This document shows, piece by piece, positions 38,795 through 51,070 of a stretch of 64,000 nucleotides of DNA (within the stretch, counting starts at the first letter, position 1; each line of letters starts with the position of its first letter). Below the pieces are notes generated by a model. It was not told the origin of the DNA. It ran no database searches and saw nothing but the letters and a program-made list of their open reading frames with translations. The position numbers and the translations under genes were made by a program. Source of the stretch: Lama glama. Its lineage: Eukaryota. The stretch spans positions 21,206,001-21,270,000 of the forward strand of contig CM052832.1 of assembly GCA_028534125.1 (NCBI GenBank). The letters run 5' to 3'.

Positions 38795-38938
38795 TCACTT
38801 AGTCCCTCTCCTACAATGCAAAGCAGAAAAGATTCTGGCTCCAGGACTCTCTGTGGGCGGAATCGGCACTAAGGAGTTTGTGCAATTATTTTGTTGCAAG
38901 GTAGGAAGCCAAAAAGCCTTCATGCAACAGACTGGCAT
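38795..38938 (-). other. uORF1 in the SOX4 leader, 47 aa (MPVCCMKAFWLPTLQQNNCTNSLVPIPPTESPGARIFSALHCRRGTK), two in-frame AUGs
   Basis: Manual translation: ATG 38938, in-frame ATG 38923, TGA 38797-38795. Translation in vivo is not shown. Confidence 0.55.
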
Positions 38939-39108
38939 GAATAAATGTATGTTTCCCCCTCCCTTCTGCAAGAAGGGAGCTGGTAATGGCAGAGTTCCTC
39001 CAATGCAGACTCTTAAAGAGCGTGCAAGAACTAGAGACCCGGGAACGACACAGGCCTCTTCCCCTCACACACTGTTTCTCTTGCTGCAGCTTAGAGCAGA
39101 CCCTAATT

Positions 39109-39400
39109 CCGCCTCGCGCCTCTTTATCCTTTCCCAGTCTTGGCCGCGGCCAATCAGCCGCTGTAACCAACGCTTCCTCGTGCCAAGCCCCTCCCCCGGG
39201 CTTCCCATTGGCTTGGAACCCGATGCAATAATAATCTCCGCGTGCAATGAGAAGCTCCAAATCTGACCTCATTCCAATTTACAGAGCAAACTTTTTAAAA
39301 GGGCTAGAAGTACAGCTGAGATTTCTGCTGCCTTCTTTCCTTTTGCTGTGCGCGCGTGTGTGTGCGCGCGCGCGTGTGTGGTGTGTGAAGAGGATGTTAA
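39109..39400 (-). promoter_or_regulatory. SOX4 proximal promoter: GATAAA TATA-like element, two CCAAT boxes, GC-rich elements
   Basis: TTTATC at 39123-39128 (GATAAA on minus), GCCAATCAG with CCAAT at 39150-39154, ATTGG at 39207-39211, CCCCTCCCC near 39188, CpG-rich. Confidence 0.75.
39347..39380. repeat. Alternating purine-pyrimidine (TG)/(CG) tract, 34 bp
   Basis: TGTGCGCGCGTGTGTGTGCGCGCGCGCGTGTGTG seen directly. Confidence 0.9.
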
Positions 39401-42400
39401 TGCATGAAATTATTAAGGGGAGAGGCGGAAATGTATTCTAACCATTATGTTAGATAACAAGAGGCTTGCGGGGGGAGTGAAATAGTGTAAATGGAGGCTT
39501 TCTGCTTAAAAGCCAAGTGATTATTTTTATTAGTTCTTTTCAGTATTGGAATAAAGAATCAGCCTTCTAGTGTAAAATCTGTTCGTTGGCTCCTTCACGA
39601 AGCCAAGGACGTAAAAGGGGGAGGGAAAGCCACGGCAATAAATCAATGGATATTGAAAACCATTAAGAAAGTGGTACCTAGACACCTGTCATCACAGTTA
39701 TTTTAACAACTCTAGGTACAGCGCAGATGTTGATGTATTGTGTAAATCCCTTTAGAGCAATTTTGGTGCTGTTCGTGGAAGTCAGAGAAGAGGAATTTTT
39801 GCAAGAATTACTTGCTCTCTTAACCAAACAGGGGTTAACCATGGTTATTTAATGATTTAACCCCCCTCTATGAATCCGGGATAGCCCAAACAGAGGAGCT
39901 TTCCACTGGAACACATTAGGCAGTGTTCCATGGTTAACTCGATGGAATAATTTCCATCGGACTCTGAGTAAAATGATAGTGCTGAGTAAAGAATGGGAAT
40001 CGATTGTACTTTCTAAATATTTGTTTTCCACATTTTCAAAACTAAAGATCGCTTCGTTCTGCATCCTCATCCCCCCAAACTCTCCTGCTCCTTATCCTTT
40101 ATAAATATTTTCTCCTATTTATTCCACCTGTATATTTGTTACTTTGATCAAATGGAACCAAAAGGCCAAGGTGAAGAGAAAGTGTAGAAGGCAGTGGTAA
40201 CTGGTAGCAAAAGAGAATGGAACTTCTGGATTTATATTAGACCTGGAGGCTAGTCCTTCTTACTGATCTTGTAAACTTGGGATGTGACAGAGTCTCAGTT
40301 TTCTTCGTCTGTGATGTGGGAACAACTACTTTGACAGTTGTTCTGAGGGTTCAGTGAGTTTGATTCATAGCAAGTTCTCAGTGAATGCTATTATCCTTCC
40401 CGTGATCATTTGAATTCCAAAGACAGTCCCTTTAGTAGAAGCAGCCTGTTATTCAAGAGGCTAAAATCAAGGATGGCCACTGATGTGAAAAAATAATCAC
40501 AGGTCATGGATGTGAACCATCCAGGGACCATAGTGGGAACCCTGTCTCCCCAATGATATGAAAAGGAAGGAACTTCATGAAAAGTGTTGTGAAGAATGTG
40601 GCAAAGAAAAGGTACCTAGGTAGTCAGAACACACGTTAATTTTACCAGAAAAATTACCTTTGTTCTAAGATGTGAAAATTAAAATTCTAGCAAAAATTGG
40701 TCTTCCTTCACACCATAATAGTAAACAGGCCAGTGACAGATGGCCTACAGGCCAGTGATAGGTGGTTAGGTAGGGCTAACCCAACTTAATTAAGTCAGCT
40801 TTTGATTCAGATCAAACTAGTGCTAGGCAGCAGATTTCTATTTATCTTGTCAAACTTTTAAAGTATGTAGGCTGGCAAGAGGCCCAGGTTGTCAGATTTG
40901 GAATTGTACTGGAAAGAACACCCTTTGGAGACATCTGACTGGATCTCTAAGGATCAACCACAAGCAAGAATGTTTTTGTGGGTAAAAGCAAATAATTCTT
41001 AACCATTAGCTACCCAAGTTATATACTTTTTCTTTTAGAAGGAGGAACAAGTCTTAAAAATAAACAAACAAATAAAAGCCCACAGGCACCTCATTTGCAT
41101 ATAGCAAAGTCGGGTGTGTTAGCCTACATTTCATTTTCTTTGCTGTGCGCACCAGACGACACCCCTTGGTGTTGTCAATCTGACATCAAAATTACTCTAA
41201 GAAGTCTATTATTTATAAAATCAATATTTTCACCAGAATAAAAAAAGAATCAATACTTTATTTTGGGATTTGTATCAGCTAATGATTAGAGGGTGTAGCT
41301 AGTTTGTCATAATTCAGTCAAGGTGGGTATAAATATAATTGATTATATTTCCAAAGTCAATTATGGTTCTACCAGTGAATATGATCAGGGAAAAGTGGAA
41401 GTTAACCAAAGCAGTCATAGTAATTTTGTTTATGTTTAAAGCACACAGATTTTTTTAAAGTGTGTACTAAAAAACAATAGGCACTGCCCTATTTCTATGG
41501 TTAGATGTGTTTTCTATATCGGTGTCTTTAAGACATACCATTGTTACATGCTGTTAAGGGAGAGCAACTGCCAGTGAAACTGACATCCCCAGGGTTGTAA
41601 GACATCTAAGATATTAAAAATGAAAAGGACAAATTTTTCTTTGAATTGAAGAAATACAGTATTAGTAATTTCCATTGACTTTATAAGATTATTGTAGTAT
41701 ATATGAATGCTTAGGCTTCTGAAGCAGGTTTGTTCTTATGTGTTAATAGTTCTGTTAAAATGTAAGAAAACATGTGACACATGGCCCTTTATTAAAGTCA
41801 TCTTTCTCACCGAGTATGTGCACACTGGAATGTGTTGGGCCTCTGAATACCAAATAATGAGGAAAGATTTCTGTGTTCTCATTACCTAACTTAACATGTT
41901 TTGTAACCAGTTTTCCATTACTGACATTTTTTTCCGAAATACCAGATATTTGGTGGCCCCTACTAAATCAGTACTCAGTGTTCCCTCTGCTGGCTTTGCA
42001 GCACATGAAGTAATTCTTAATGCTACTCTTTAAGCCATATTAACAGTAAACCAAGATAATTTCGCACAAAAAAAATCCTGTTTTAGAATAACAGACTAAT
42101 TGTCTTTATTAGCAATGATGCTAGACATTTCAATTTTGAATCAAGGTAAATATTTTATTTATTTTCCATTAAATAATGGAACTCTCTTTGGGAGGTAATG
42201 TAATATCTGCTAGTTCATTTCTTTTCTTCTGCTCTCACACACCTGCACAGCATAAAATCTCACATCCATAAAATGGTATGGGGTATAGATGGAAATAAGA
42301 TTCTGTCCTACTGCTTAATATATTCCTATAGCATAGCAGCCAAAAAAAAAAAAAACCTGAAGGGAAATTAGTTTAACAAATCTCTTGGATTTGCACTGAT

Positions 42401-43122
42401 TTGCAAGATTTTGCTTTGCCTTGGTTGTAGAAACTGACTGTAGGAGCTGGTCTGACCTGACAAGTATTCAGTTCAAAGAAAATAGAGAGAGAGAAAAGAA
42501 AAACCTTGTCTTTGTAACTTTAGCAGGCAGGTACCAAGCCTGAGAAATTTGATGTCATTGGCCTTTGCCAAGTGAAAGGCCACAGCCTTTATGGAAGTTC
42601 CACACTTTATGGAAAAGAACCCTCCACCTGAAGCTGATTTACTTGTCAGTCAAGTAGACAAACATAACTTGCACTTCATCTTTTTGGGCTGATGAAGTTT
42701 CATTGGAACGGATTTCGGAGGGGGGCGGTTAGTATTGAAAAACAATGTATGGAATAATTCTTTTTTGCAAAGTATCAAAATAGGATCTGGGGTAAAATGA
42801 AGTCCATGAGTTATTTTAGAATAAACGAATAGATAAGAACCTTGTATTTATAATAATTTTTATGATTTTCTCTCCCCTTCTAATCAGTGATTAGCACCTC
42901 TTAGGGTTTATGTATGCACTTCATACCAGCGCCAGCTCAATTTTCCGTTCCTTTCAATTTTCTCATGAGAACAAACAGAAAATGAGTGTTTCCACGGGGC
43001 CACGTAGATTTGAAGCATGAATACGAGCTTCTGCCCCATTTCACGACGCAGAAGCAAGGCACACCCACCGGGAGCCTGGGTTCGCTCCGCCGCCAGCAGG
43101 CTCCCCGTCCGAGGAGAAGCGG

Positions 43123-43136
43123 CCGCCAGGTGGCAG
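43123..43136 (+). promoter_or_regulatory. CTCF core motif CCGCCAGGTGGCAG
   Basis: Matches the CTCF core consensus CC(A/G)(C/G)(C/T)AG(A/G)(G/T)GGC(A/G)(C/G) at every position. Confidence 0.7.
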
Positions 43137-43860
43137 CGCTGAGCCTCCCTGCGCCCGCGAGGAGACGTGGTAAAACGTGGGGACGGTCAGACTTACTTCT
43201 TTTCCCCTATCCTTTTTTCCCGAACCTCTATCATCCTCTACTAGTCTACCTTCTTTAGGTAGCAGTTTAAACTATCAGCGGTTAATAGGGTGTGTCGGTG
43301 AATTGTGATTTTTTTTAAATCATTAATCAAGTTTTAGGGCAGCGAACCGCCGCCTCCCGTTCACTTGTCAGAATCTTCCAGAGACTGGGGAAGCCAAGGC
43401 TAGCTCCCGTTTGGATCTAGTAAGTCAGCCCGGGAGATTATCAGTTACCATGTCCGTATCTTGCTGAAGCCGGAACGAGTTAGAACGCCCTCCAAGAGCC
43501 GCTGCAGAGGCGCCACGCAAAGGCCACCCCTCCTCCTGAAAAGATGGTTTCCCTGGGCCAGACGCCTCGCGGAGCGCAGCGACTCGGCGGCGCAGGCTCG
43601 GCGCTCTTCCTGCCCTGAGCGCGGCGAGGACTCGGTGGGGATTAATGGTGCCCTGCCTCGTTCCGCCGCCGCGGCTGAGCCTTGCCTTTCGATTTCACTT
43701 ACAGGGAGGAAATAAATTGGAATCGACTCAGGCAGTGCTTTTTGGAAGAAAGTCTTTCGTACTGTAAACATGTTTCAGGCGATCCTGTCAGCAGCACTTT
43801 AACACCCATCTTCCGTTTAGGTTTATGACAGGGGAAGAAGCTCAAGATACACAGAACACA

Positions 43861-43883
43861 ACACACACACACACACACACACA
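43861..43883. repeat. (AC)n microsatellite within the upstream CpG island
   Basis: Seen directly. Confidence 0.9.
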
Positions 43884-46169
43884 GGTCCCCGCGCCCTCGC
43901 CAGCTCCTAGCCCTTCTTTGAAGTTGCAACTGGCCGCCGCTAGCCGGGGGTGGGTGGGGGTGGGGGAGTCGTTTCCCGGGCGGTCGGCTCCACCATACCC
44001 CATCCCCACCCCCTCGGCCACGGTGCCCAGTTCCGCTCCTGACCGGAACTGACAGCCACTCGGCCCCCTTGTCTCCCGCGCGCCCACCGCCTTCGCTCTG
44101 GACTCTTAAGTGCTCTCTGCGCGCTGTGCGTCTGGAACCCACGCTCCGGCTGGCATGAGACATTCGTGCATGGGCTGGGCACCCCCTCCCTGGTTCCACT
44201 GAGCGTGCAGCTGCCTGATCTCTTGCAGGAAGGCAGAGCAGGGAAAGGAAAAAGCCACCCGGAGAAGGGAGGTTGACAATTGGTTGCACCCGAATCTTCA
44301 AGCGTCCCCTCCCCAGGGACTTAGGAGGAGCTGGCTGGCCTGAGTGCCCTTCCTCCTACGGGAAAGGCAGGAGGAGAGGGAAGTCGCCGAATCCCCGAGG
44401 GCCACGGAGGCGCCCCGGGTGCCAGGGCCCATCGGTATGGGCGCACCGACGCCCCCAGTGACTCAGCCCCCAGGTCTCAGGTCTAGGAGAAGGGGTCTTC
44501 TGGCAGGTAAATTACTGGTAAGGGCTGCGCCCCAGGCGCAGTTACGTGGAAGCACAACCTTGTGGAGGGGTACGGCTCGCTTTGTCCCCTCTGGATTCCG
44601 TGTCTCTGCCTTTCTGCAGGCCACCGCGGCAGCCAGCGTCCTGGAGGGGCTGCCTACCCCTCCGCGCGGCGCCCCAAACCATCCCAGTGACCCCAGCACG
44701 CGGTGTGGATGAGAGCACATCCCGCGGGATCCCCAGCCGCAGTTCAACAGCCAAGTAGAAGCAATTACAGTTGGAGCCCCGTGGGGGAAAGCGGCTGATT
44801 TCACTTATGGAAAAACGCTTAAACAAGAGCAAACCTAAGCCAGCGTTAGCAAACTAGCTGACCTACAATTGGAGGTTGTGCGAGGGCGGACTGGGGCGGA
44901 CGCGTCTGCCAGGGAGGGAAACCCGCTGGGGAGTGGGCAGAGGGAAGCGAATCAAAATGTCAGATAAGAGAAGGAGAGGAAGAGGGGAGGAGGAGGAAGA
45001 GAGGCGCTTGATTGCAGAGAGGGAGAATGGGAAGGCTCGGAGACTGCACGGGCTGCCAGGTGACGCGGGTCAGACGGGAAGAGAGGCGGGCGCTTAGTGG
45101 GCAGCGGGCGCAGGACGCGCGGGCTCCGCCAGGCACCAGATCTCCTCGCTCCCAGCCCTCCCCTCCCCGGATCCCGCCTCTGCCCGACGTCACGTGTGGC
45201 GCAGACGGCTGCTCTGGGGATAGGAGGGGTGGGGTGGGGCAGGGACCAAAGAACTCCGCGCCCCAGACCGCGCCGGGCGTGCTGCACACCTGGCATCCGG
45301 GACGCGCCATCTGCTCTGAGCTCACCGCCTCTCGGGCCAGGGGTGTGGGCTTGGAGAGATACGACAATCCTGCCTGGGAAGAGGATGCATTCGAGTCAAC
45401 TGAAGCAATGAAGCCAGTCAATCAATGCTTATGGTGCTCCTACTGTGTGCCGAGCGTCCCCTCCAGCTGCTGGGCTTGGGAACTGCACCATCTGTTCTGT
45501 TGTGTATATTGTGTAATAAATTCACAATTCGAACGATAATTTATAAGAAAATTCGCTATGCCAAGGAGGGTGGTTGAGGCAGTTTGAGGGTCTGGAGAGG
45601 TGTTGCGTCTGGCAGAGTAAGGTATGAAAGGTTGGTGATTTTCTTCTGCTTCCCGAAGTCTGAGTGACCCTTCCTTGTCCTACCCCCCCCAGCCCCGTGC
45701 TTCCTGTCCCCCATTCTCACAACACAGATAGAAATTAACAACAATAATTTAAAAATAATAATTTAGTGGTACTTAATCTGGGCTAGAATGGCTGGTGAGT
45801 AACTGAAACCTAGTTCCTGAACACTCAAAACTTGACTCATTAATTTCATAAATATTAGACTCAGAACACTGCCTTGTTGGAACAAGTATTTTGTAATGTA
45901 ACTTTACCATTCTGAGAGAAAATTCGTCGACCATAAAACTGTATTTTTTAAATCAACATAATGCTCAAGCCAAAATATAAAGGAAAACTAGGCACACAAT
46001 TTATAATACAATAATATACATTACAAATGTGCAATGCCCAGGCTATATTTCACTAGAACATCCCCAAATTTCTAAAATTCTCCCCAGGGAGTACTTCCCA
46101 GATGTGAATTGCAAACTAAGAGTGCCAGGCAAGAAATGGGAATGCTATTGATATGCCAAAGTCTTAAAC

Positions 46170-46640
46170 TCACAGTGGATGTGATTATTCCGATAAATCT
46201 GTCTTCAGATATTTATGCCTTTGTGTTCTCTCCCCCATTGACTTTGGATTTGGTCACGTGGATTGCTTTAGCCAATATGGCATTAGCAAACATGACCCAA
46301 GAGGAGGCTTGATAAGTGCCTGCACGTTTATTGGGGTTTGTCCACTTGAAACCTTAAAGGCATCGTGTTTTGAAGAAGCTAATCTGTCTTACTGAAGGAT
46401 GAAAGGCCCTATGGGGAGAACGTGATGCCCTGCCAGCTCTAGTGTCCCATGCATGTGACTGAGGCTATCTTGGACTTCAGTAGGATTGTCAGATGACTTC
46501 AGCCACATGAGTGATTCCCAGATGAGTCCAGCAGAAGAATCCCTAGATTGACAACCCACAGAATTATGAGAACAGTAAATTGTTGTTTTAAATCACTGTG
46601 TTTTGGGTGGCTTGTTATGCAGTAAGAGAAGACAGAATAG
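46170..46640 (+). mobile_element. MaLR LTR (MLT1G/H-like)
   Basis: GGTCACGTGGATTGCTTTAGCCAAT ... CCCACAGAATTATGAGAACAGTAAATTGTTGTTTTAAATCACTGTGTTTTGGGTGGCTTGTTATGCAG, typical of an MLT1 3' end. Confidence 0.75.
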
Positions 46641-47232
46641 TGTTAATTACAATACCATGGGATAAATGCTAAAATTCAAATCCACCCAACAAGGCAGCTT
46701 TTCTTAATGACTCCAGATCTTCATTATGAGTTCAGGCAATATATTCATCAATACCTATAGTGGATATAGGGGTTAGCTGGACTTGAATAACCCAGGCAGC
46801 TCATCTACTCTTGTTGCAAGTGGTGCTCCTTTGCCATTTCCCAGATTTTCCTGAAATTCTTTCTCCTCTCAGGAGACCTGCTGCTCCCTGGCACTGCTGT
46901 TTGTCACCTCTGTCACTCCTTCTGCCATCTGTGGCCTTTCCTGGCTAGCTCCTTTCTCTCCACTACTTTTTTTTTTCTTTTTCCTTCTTCCTAGTCTCAC
47001 TTCTCATTTTCTGCTATTGTTTCAACATTTATTCACTTATGATCAGTAAACAGACCAACTATACTATGCCTTCAGTTATTTGATTCTTTAGCTTATCTTG
47101 GCTTTTCGGTCACTGGTTCTGCTTGCAAATTTCTTTCAGTCAATTGTTGGGGGTGGGATGAGTATCAACTCTCTAGACGCTGGGAAAGTGTAGTGGTCAC
47201 ATACAGGGTATAATTCTAATGCCACGGGATGG

Positions 47233-47671
47233 TGTACTAGTCAGGGTTCTCCAGAGAAACAGAACTAACAGCAGATGTATATACAGAGAAGGGGCCAAGT
47301 ATATAATAAATATGGCTGACAATTCCAAGATTTGCTGTCAGTGAGCAGGAGACCCAGGAAAGCCAAAGGTGTGGTTTTAGTCCAAAGGCCAGGAGGCTTG
47401 AAATCCAAGAAGAGTTTATGTTTCATTTAGAATCTTAAGGCAGGAAAAAACAAAACCAAACCAAACAAAAACAATGTACCAATGTACATGCAGTCAGGCA
47501 GGGGGAATTCTCTCTTACTTGAGGGGGGGTCATTCTTTTTGTTCTATTCAAGCCTTTGATAGGATGAAGCCCACCCACATTAGAGAAAACCTTCACAGAA
47601 ACACTGGGAACAATGTTTGATCTGGGTCCCTCATGGCCTAGTCAAGTTGACACATAAAATCAACCATCACA
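47233..47671 (-). mobile_element. MLT2 (ERV-L) solo LTR with 5-bp TSD
   Basis: Minus strand starts TGTGATGGTTGATTTTATGTGTCAACTTGACTAGGCC and ends TCTCTGGAGAACCCTGACTAGTACA; flanks GATGG (47228-47232) and GATGT (47672-47676). Confidence 0.85.
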
Positions 47672-48599
47672 GATGTTTACCAACAGCCCTGCCTTAGAGA
47701 AACGACTATTCAAGGATGGTCGTTAAGTATAAGTTGAATAAGTAGCCACCCAAGAAGGCACTTTGATGGAAAATGGGGAAGATGTTTATCATCCCTTCTG
47801 GTACCTACCACCCTCCCCAATCAACTCACCCCTTTAGGTTATGGTACGTATTTTCTAATTAAAATGCAGATTATCCAAGAAGGTGTTGCATTGAGCTACT
47901 AGTAGGCAACAATAGCTTACAGTACAGTTCTTTATAGTAGCTTTTCTAGTAGGTTCAAGTAGGTTTTAACATGGGCAGGAGGGGTTGAGGAGAGAGAAAA
48001 AGAGATCACTTTGAGAAGGGAAGGTTTAAAGGTAGAGCTCTCCACTAGTGGGTATGGTATGGTGGATGAGAAAAGGAAAAGCTAAAGGTTAAAATTTGCC
48101 TCCCTCTTCAAACATACAGCTTTAATTTCTTGAGATTGGAAAGTCCCTGATGTTAATATGCACAATGGTATTACTAACATTACTTCAATTTTAACGTATG
48201 ATATAGCTTAGCTCAGAATTGATATACGTTCCCTTTCTTGTATATGCCTCAAGGGTAAAATGACAAAGAAATAAAAAACACTCCAAAGGAAACGCCATAC
48301 CATGTAATTAAAGGATATTCTTTGCTAATCTTCCTTTAGAAATAATTTTATTATGATAGCCATTGGCTCCAATAGCTAGTAGTCCAAACAACAGTTTCTA
48401 GAATATTAGAATTTGGAGGATTAAAAAAAAAGTAGTCAGAGAAGATGCTGTGTTTTTGTGTTAGTTTAGGCATTCCTTACTAGATTTGCCTTTATAAGGA
48501 TGGACTGTACTGAGATGTGGGACATGTCCTGAAAACTCAATGACTCTACACAGTAAACTTCTTTCTTGATACCAAGTCCACTGTGAGCCTAGCAACTCT

Positions 48600-48880
48600 C
48601 CAGAGTGGCTCCCTTGCCCAGCAGTGGCTTAGGGAAGCAGCTAAGTGGCTCCATACCTAAACATGTGACCTTCGTGGTTGTCATAAAAGGGAGAGTGAAG
48701 AGAACTCTTACTCAACCTTAAATGCCTCTTCTTGAAAGGGGCACAAGTCATTTGTGCTCATAGCCCATTGGATACAGCTAGGCACATGGCCCTGCCTGAA
48801 GGCTTGAAAATATGACTGTCATCTGTGCCCTAGGAAAAAAGAAAAATGGATATGAGTGAATAATAGAAATATGCTCCACA
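48600..48880. mobile_element. Old MaLR LTR fragment (MLT1J/K-like)
   Basis: GGCACAAGTCATTTGTGCTCATAGCCCATTGGATACAGCTAGGCACATGGCCC motif. Confidence 0.5.
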
Positions 48881-49079
48881 TTACTTACGGAATTGATATA
48901 GCTCAACTAAATTTTCTATAAAGTGAATTTATTTTAAGTAAATCCTATTCTTCTTTCAGCTGCATTTAAAATCAAAACTATATTCTTCCAGGGAAAAAAT
49001 TTAACCTTGACTAACACTTTAGGATATTATTCTTTGTTTTTTTTAACCACATTAAGATTAAAAAATCATTAAAGACATG

Positions 49080-51070
49080 AACACTTCTGCTTCTAAGTAT
49101 GATGTAGTAGTAGCAGGAAGCTATCACAACTAGAAAGATTACAAAAGTCATGTTTAAAAAAAGTACTGGAGAGCTTTTAGAATAATTTAAGACTAGAAGA
49201 AATACAGTTTAGAGAAGAGGCTGAGGCTGCTGGTCATTTTCTTGCCTGGGAGCATCTGCTAAGGCTGGGTGTACACTGTCATAGTCAAATAAGGTGAAAA
49301 CCAATTTTTTTTAATATCCATGTTGATTGCCATGGACAAAGTGGAATTTACAGGATCATCAAATAGCCATTTTCTCCCACAGGATATTTTCTGAGTGCTT
49401 GGGCAGTGTAAGAGGCTGAGCCGCAAAGACAAAATCAGTTGCAGAACAAGTCATGCTAGAGGAAGAGGCATGCAAAAAAATTGAAGAGAAATATATACAT
49501 ATATGTGTATATATACACAGAATATACACATTAAGGGTCACGGAGACAGAGACAGACCCACCAGCCTCTCAGTCAAAACTGTAGGGAGGCCATGCCCAAG
49601 AAAATGACTGGACTAGAAACACAAAATAAAATCTCTTGAAGTCTCCTGGTACTTCAGAGACAAAGTTTCACTGGAGGGTGGAGTCTGCAATAAACACAGA
49701 AGATCTGACCCTCGAGATGTTTGAAGCCACAGATGGACTGAGTCTCACCCAGACTACCACCATTCTTGTCTTGTCACTCAAGCCTCTCACTTTGTCTGCT
49801 TAATAAGCAAAGCCACAAACCCTTTTTGAGGGAGAAAGAACAACAGTTTCAACCTCTGTAGTTTTTTTTTTTAAATCTAATATTCATCATATAATACCAA
49901 ATTGTAAGATATGCAGAGAAGCAGGAAAAATTTAATTGATCAAGAGAAAAAAATAGACAACAGAAGCAGACCCATAGATCATCCAGATGTTGGAGTTGGC
50001 TGCCATGGACTTTAACTACTATAACTATGTTTAATAGAAGAAAATATGGAAAAGGATGAATAGATAAAGTATTTAAACAGGGAACTGGAGTCTTTAAAAA
50101 AGGAACAAATGGCCATTTTAGAAATATTAAGTAGACTATCTTAAATTAAGAACTCATTGAATATGTTTTACATAAAACTGGAAAATAAGGATTAGTGAAT
50201 CCAAAAACAGGTCAATAGAAAATACATGAATGTAAGTACAGGAAAAAAGAAATGGAAAGAATGAACAGAGTGCTAGAGATATGAGGGATACAGACAAATG
50301 GTTTAGCATTGAGTTATTAAAGTTTTATAAGGAGAGAAGAGAGAATGAGTCAGAGTTGATGTTTGAAGAGATGATGATGAAATTTTATAAAATTAGTGAT
50401 AGATATAAATCCAAGAATCTTAGTGAACCTCAAGGAATTTAAAAACAAAACTATTCCTAAGTGCATCTCTTAAAAGCAAGAGAAAGCCAGAGGGAAAAAA
50501 AAGACACATTATACTAAAAGAATAAAAAAATAAAAATTATGACTTTTGAACAGGAATTATGGATGTCAAAAGACAATATAATTACATTCTTAAAGTGTTG
50601 AAAGATAAATTTGAAAAAAACTATCTAGAATTCGATCAAATAAAAAATATCCTTCAAAAATGAAGGTTAAAAAGAAAAAGAAATTAGACAAACAAAAGCT
50701 AAGAGATTCTGTTTCCAGCAGACACACACTGTAGGAAGGATTAAAAGAAATTCTTCAGGCTGAAGGAAAATAATTTCAGATAAAAACACAGAAGCACAGG
50801 AAGAATGAAAAGCATAAGAAGGGGTAAGTATGTTCATAAATATTAAAGAATATTGACTGTTTAAGCAATTATGATAATTATGTCTTATGGGTTTATATAT
50901 GGAAGTAAAATATATGGCAACAATAGTGCAGAGTGGAAGGGATGTGAATGGAGTTTCTGCTGTAAATTTCTGGCATTGTTTAAGAAGTAAACTATAATAA
51001 GTCAAGGGTGCATATGCAAATTGTTAGTGTAGCCACTAAACCACTAAAAGATTAATACAAATAGATAAAA
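49080..51070 (+). mobile_element. Ancient L1 (L1ME/L1MD-like) 5' end and ORF1 remnant
   Basis: GAAGCAGACCCATAGATCATCCAGATGTTGGAGTTGG, AGGATTAGTGAA...GGTCAATAGAAAAT, ATATCCTTCAAAAATGAAGG and AAAGAAATTCTTCAGGCTGAAGGAAAATAAT. Confidence 0.75.

Larger units (their letters stand above)
43020..45350. promoter_or_regulatory. Upstream CpG island, ~4-6 kb 5' of the SOX4 TSS, with no annotated gene in the window
   Basis: Dense CpG/GC tract with GC boxes (GAGGGCGGA, GGGGCGG near 44882-44898), CRE/E-box composite GACGTCACGTG (45186-45196) and a CTCF motif at its left edge. Confidence 0.8.

Noticed and set aside
43445..45539. Many 100-200 aa ORFs on both strands in the upstream CpG island
   Set aside because: Arg/Gly/Pro-rich translations typical of GC-rich non-coding DNA, overlapping in several frames
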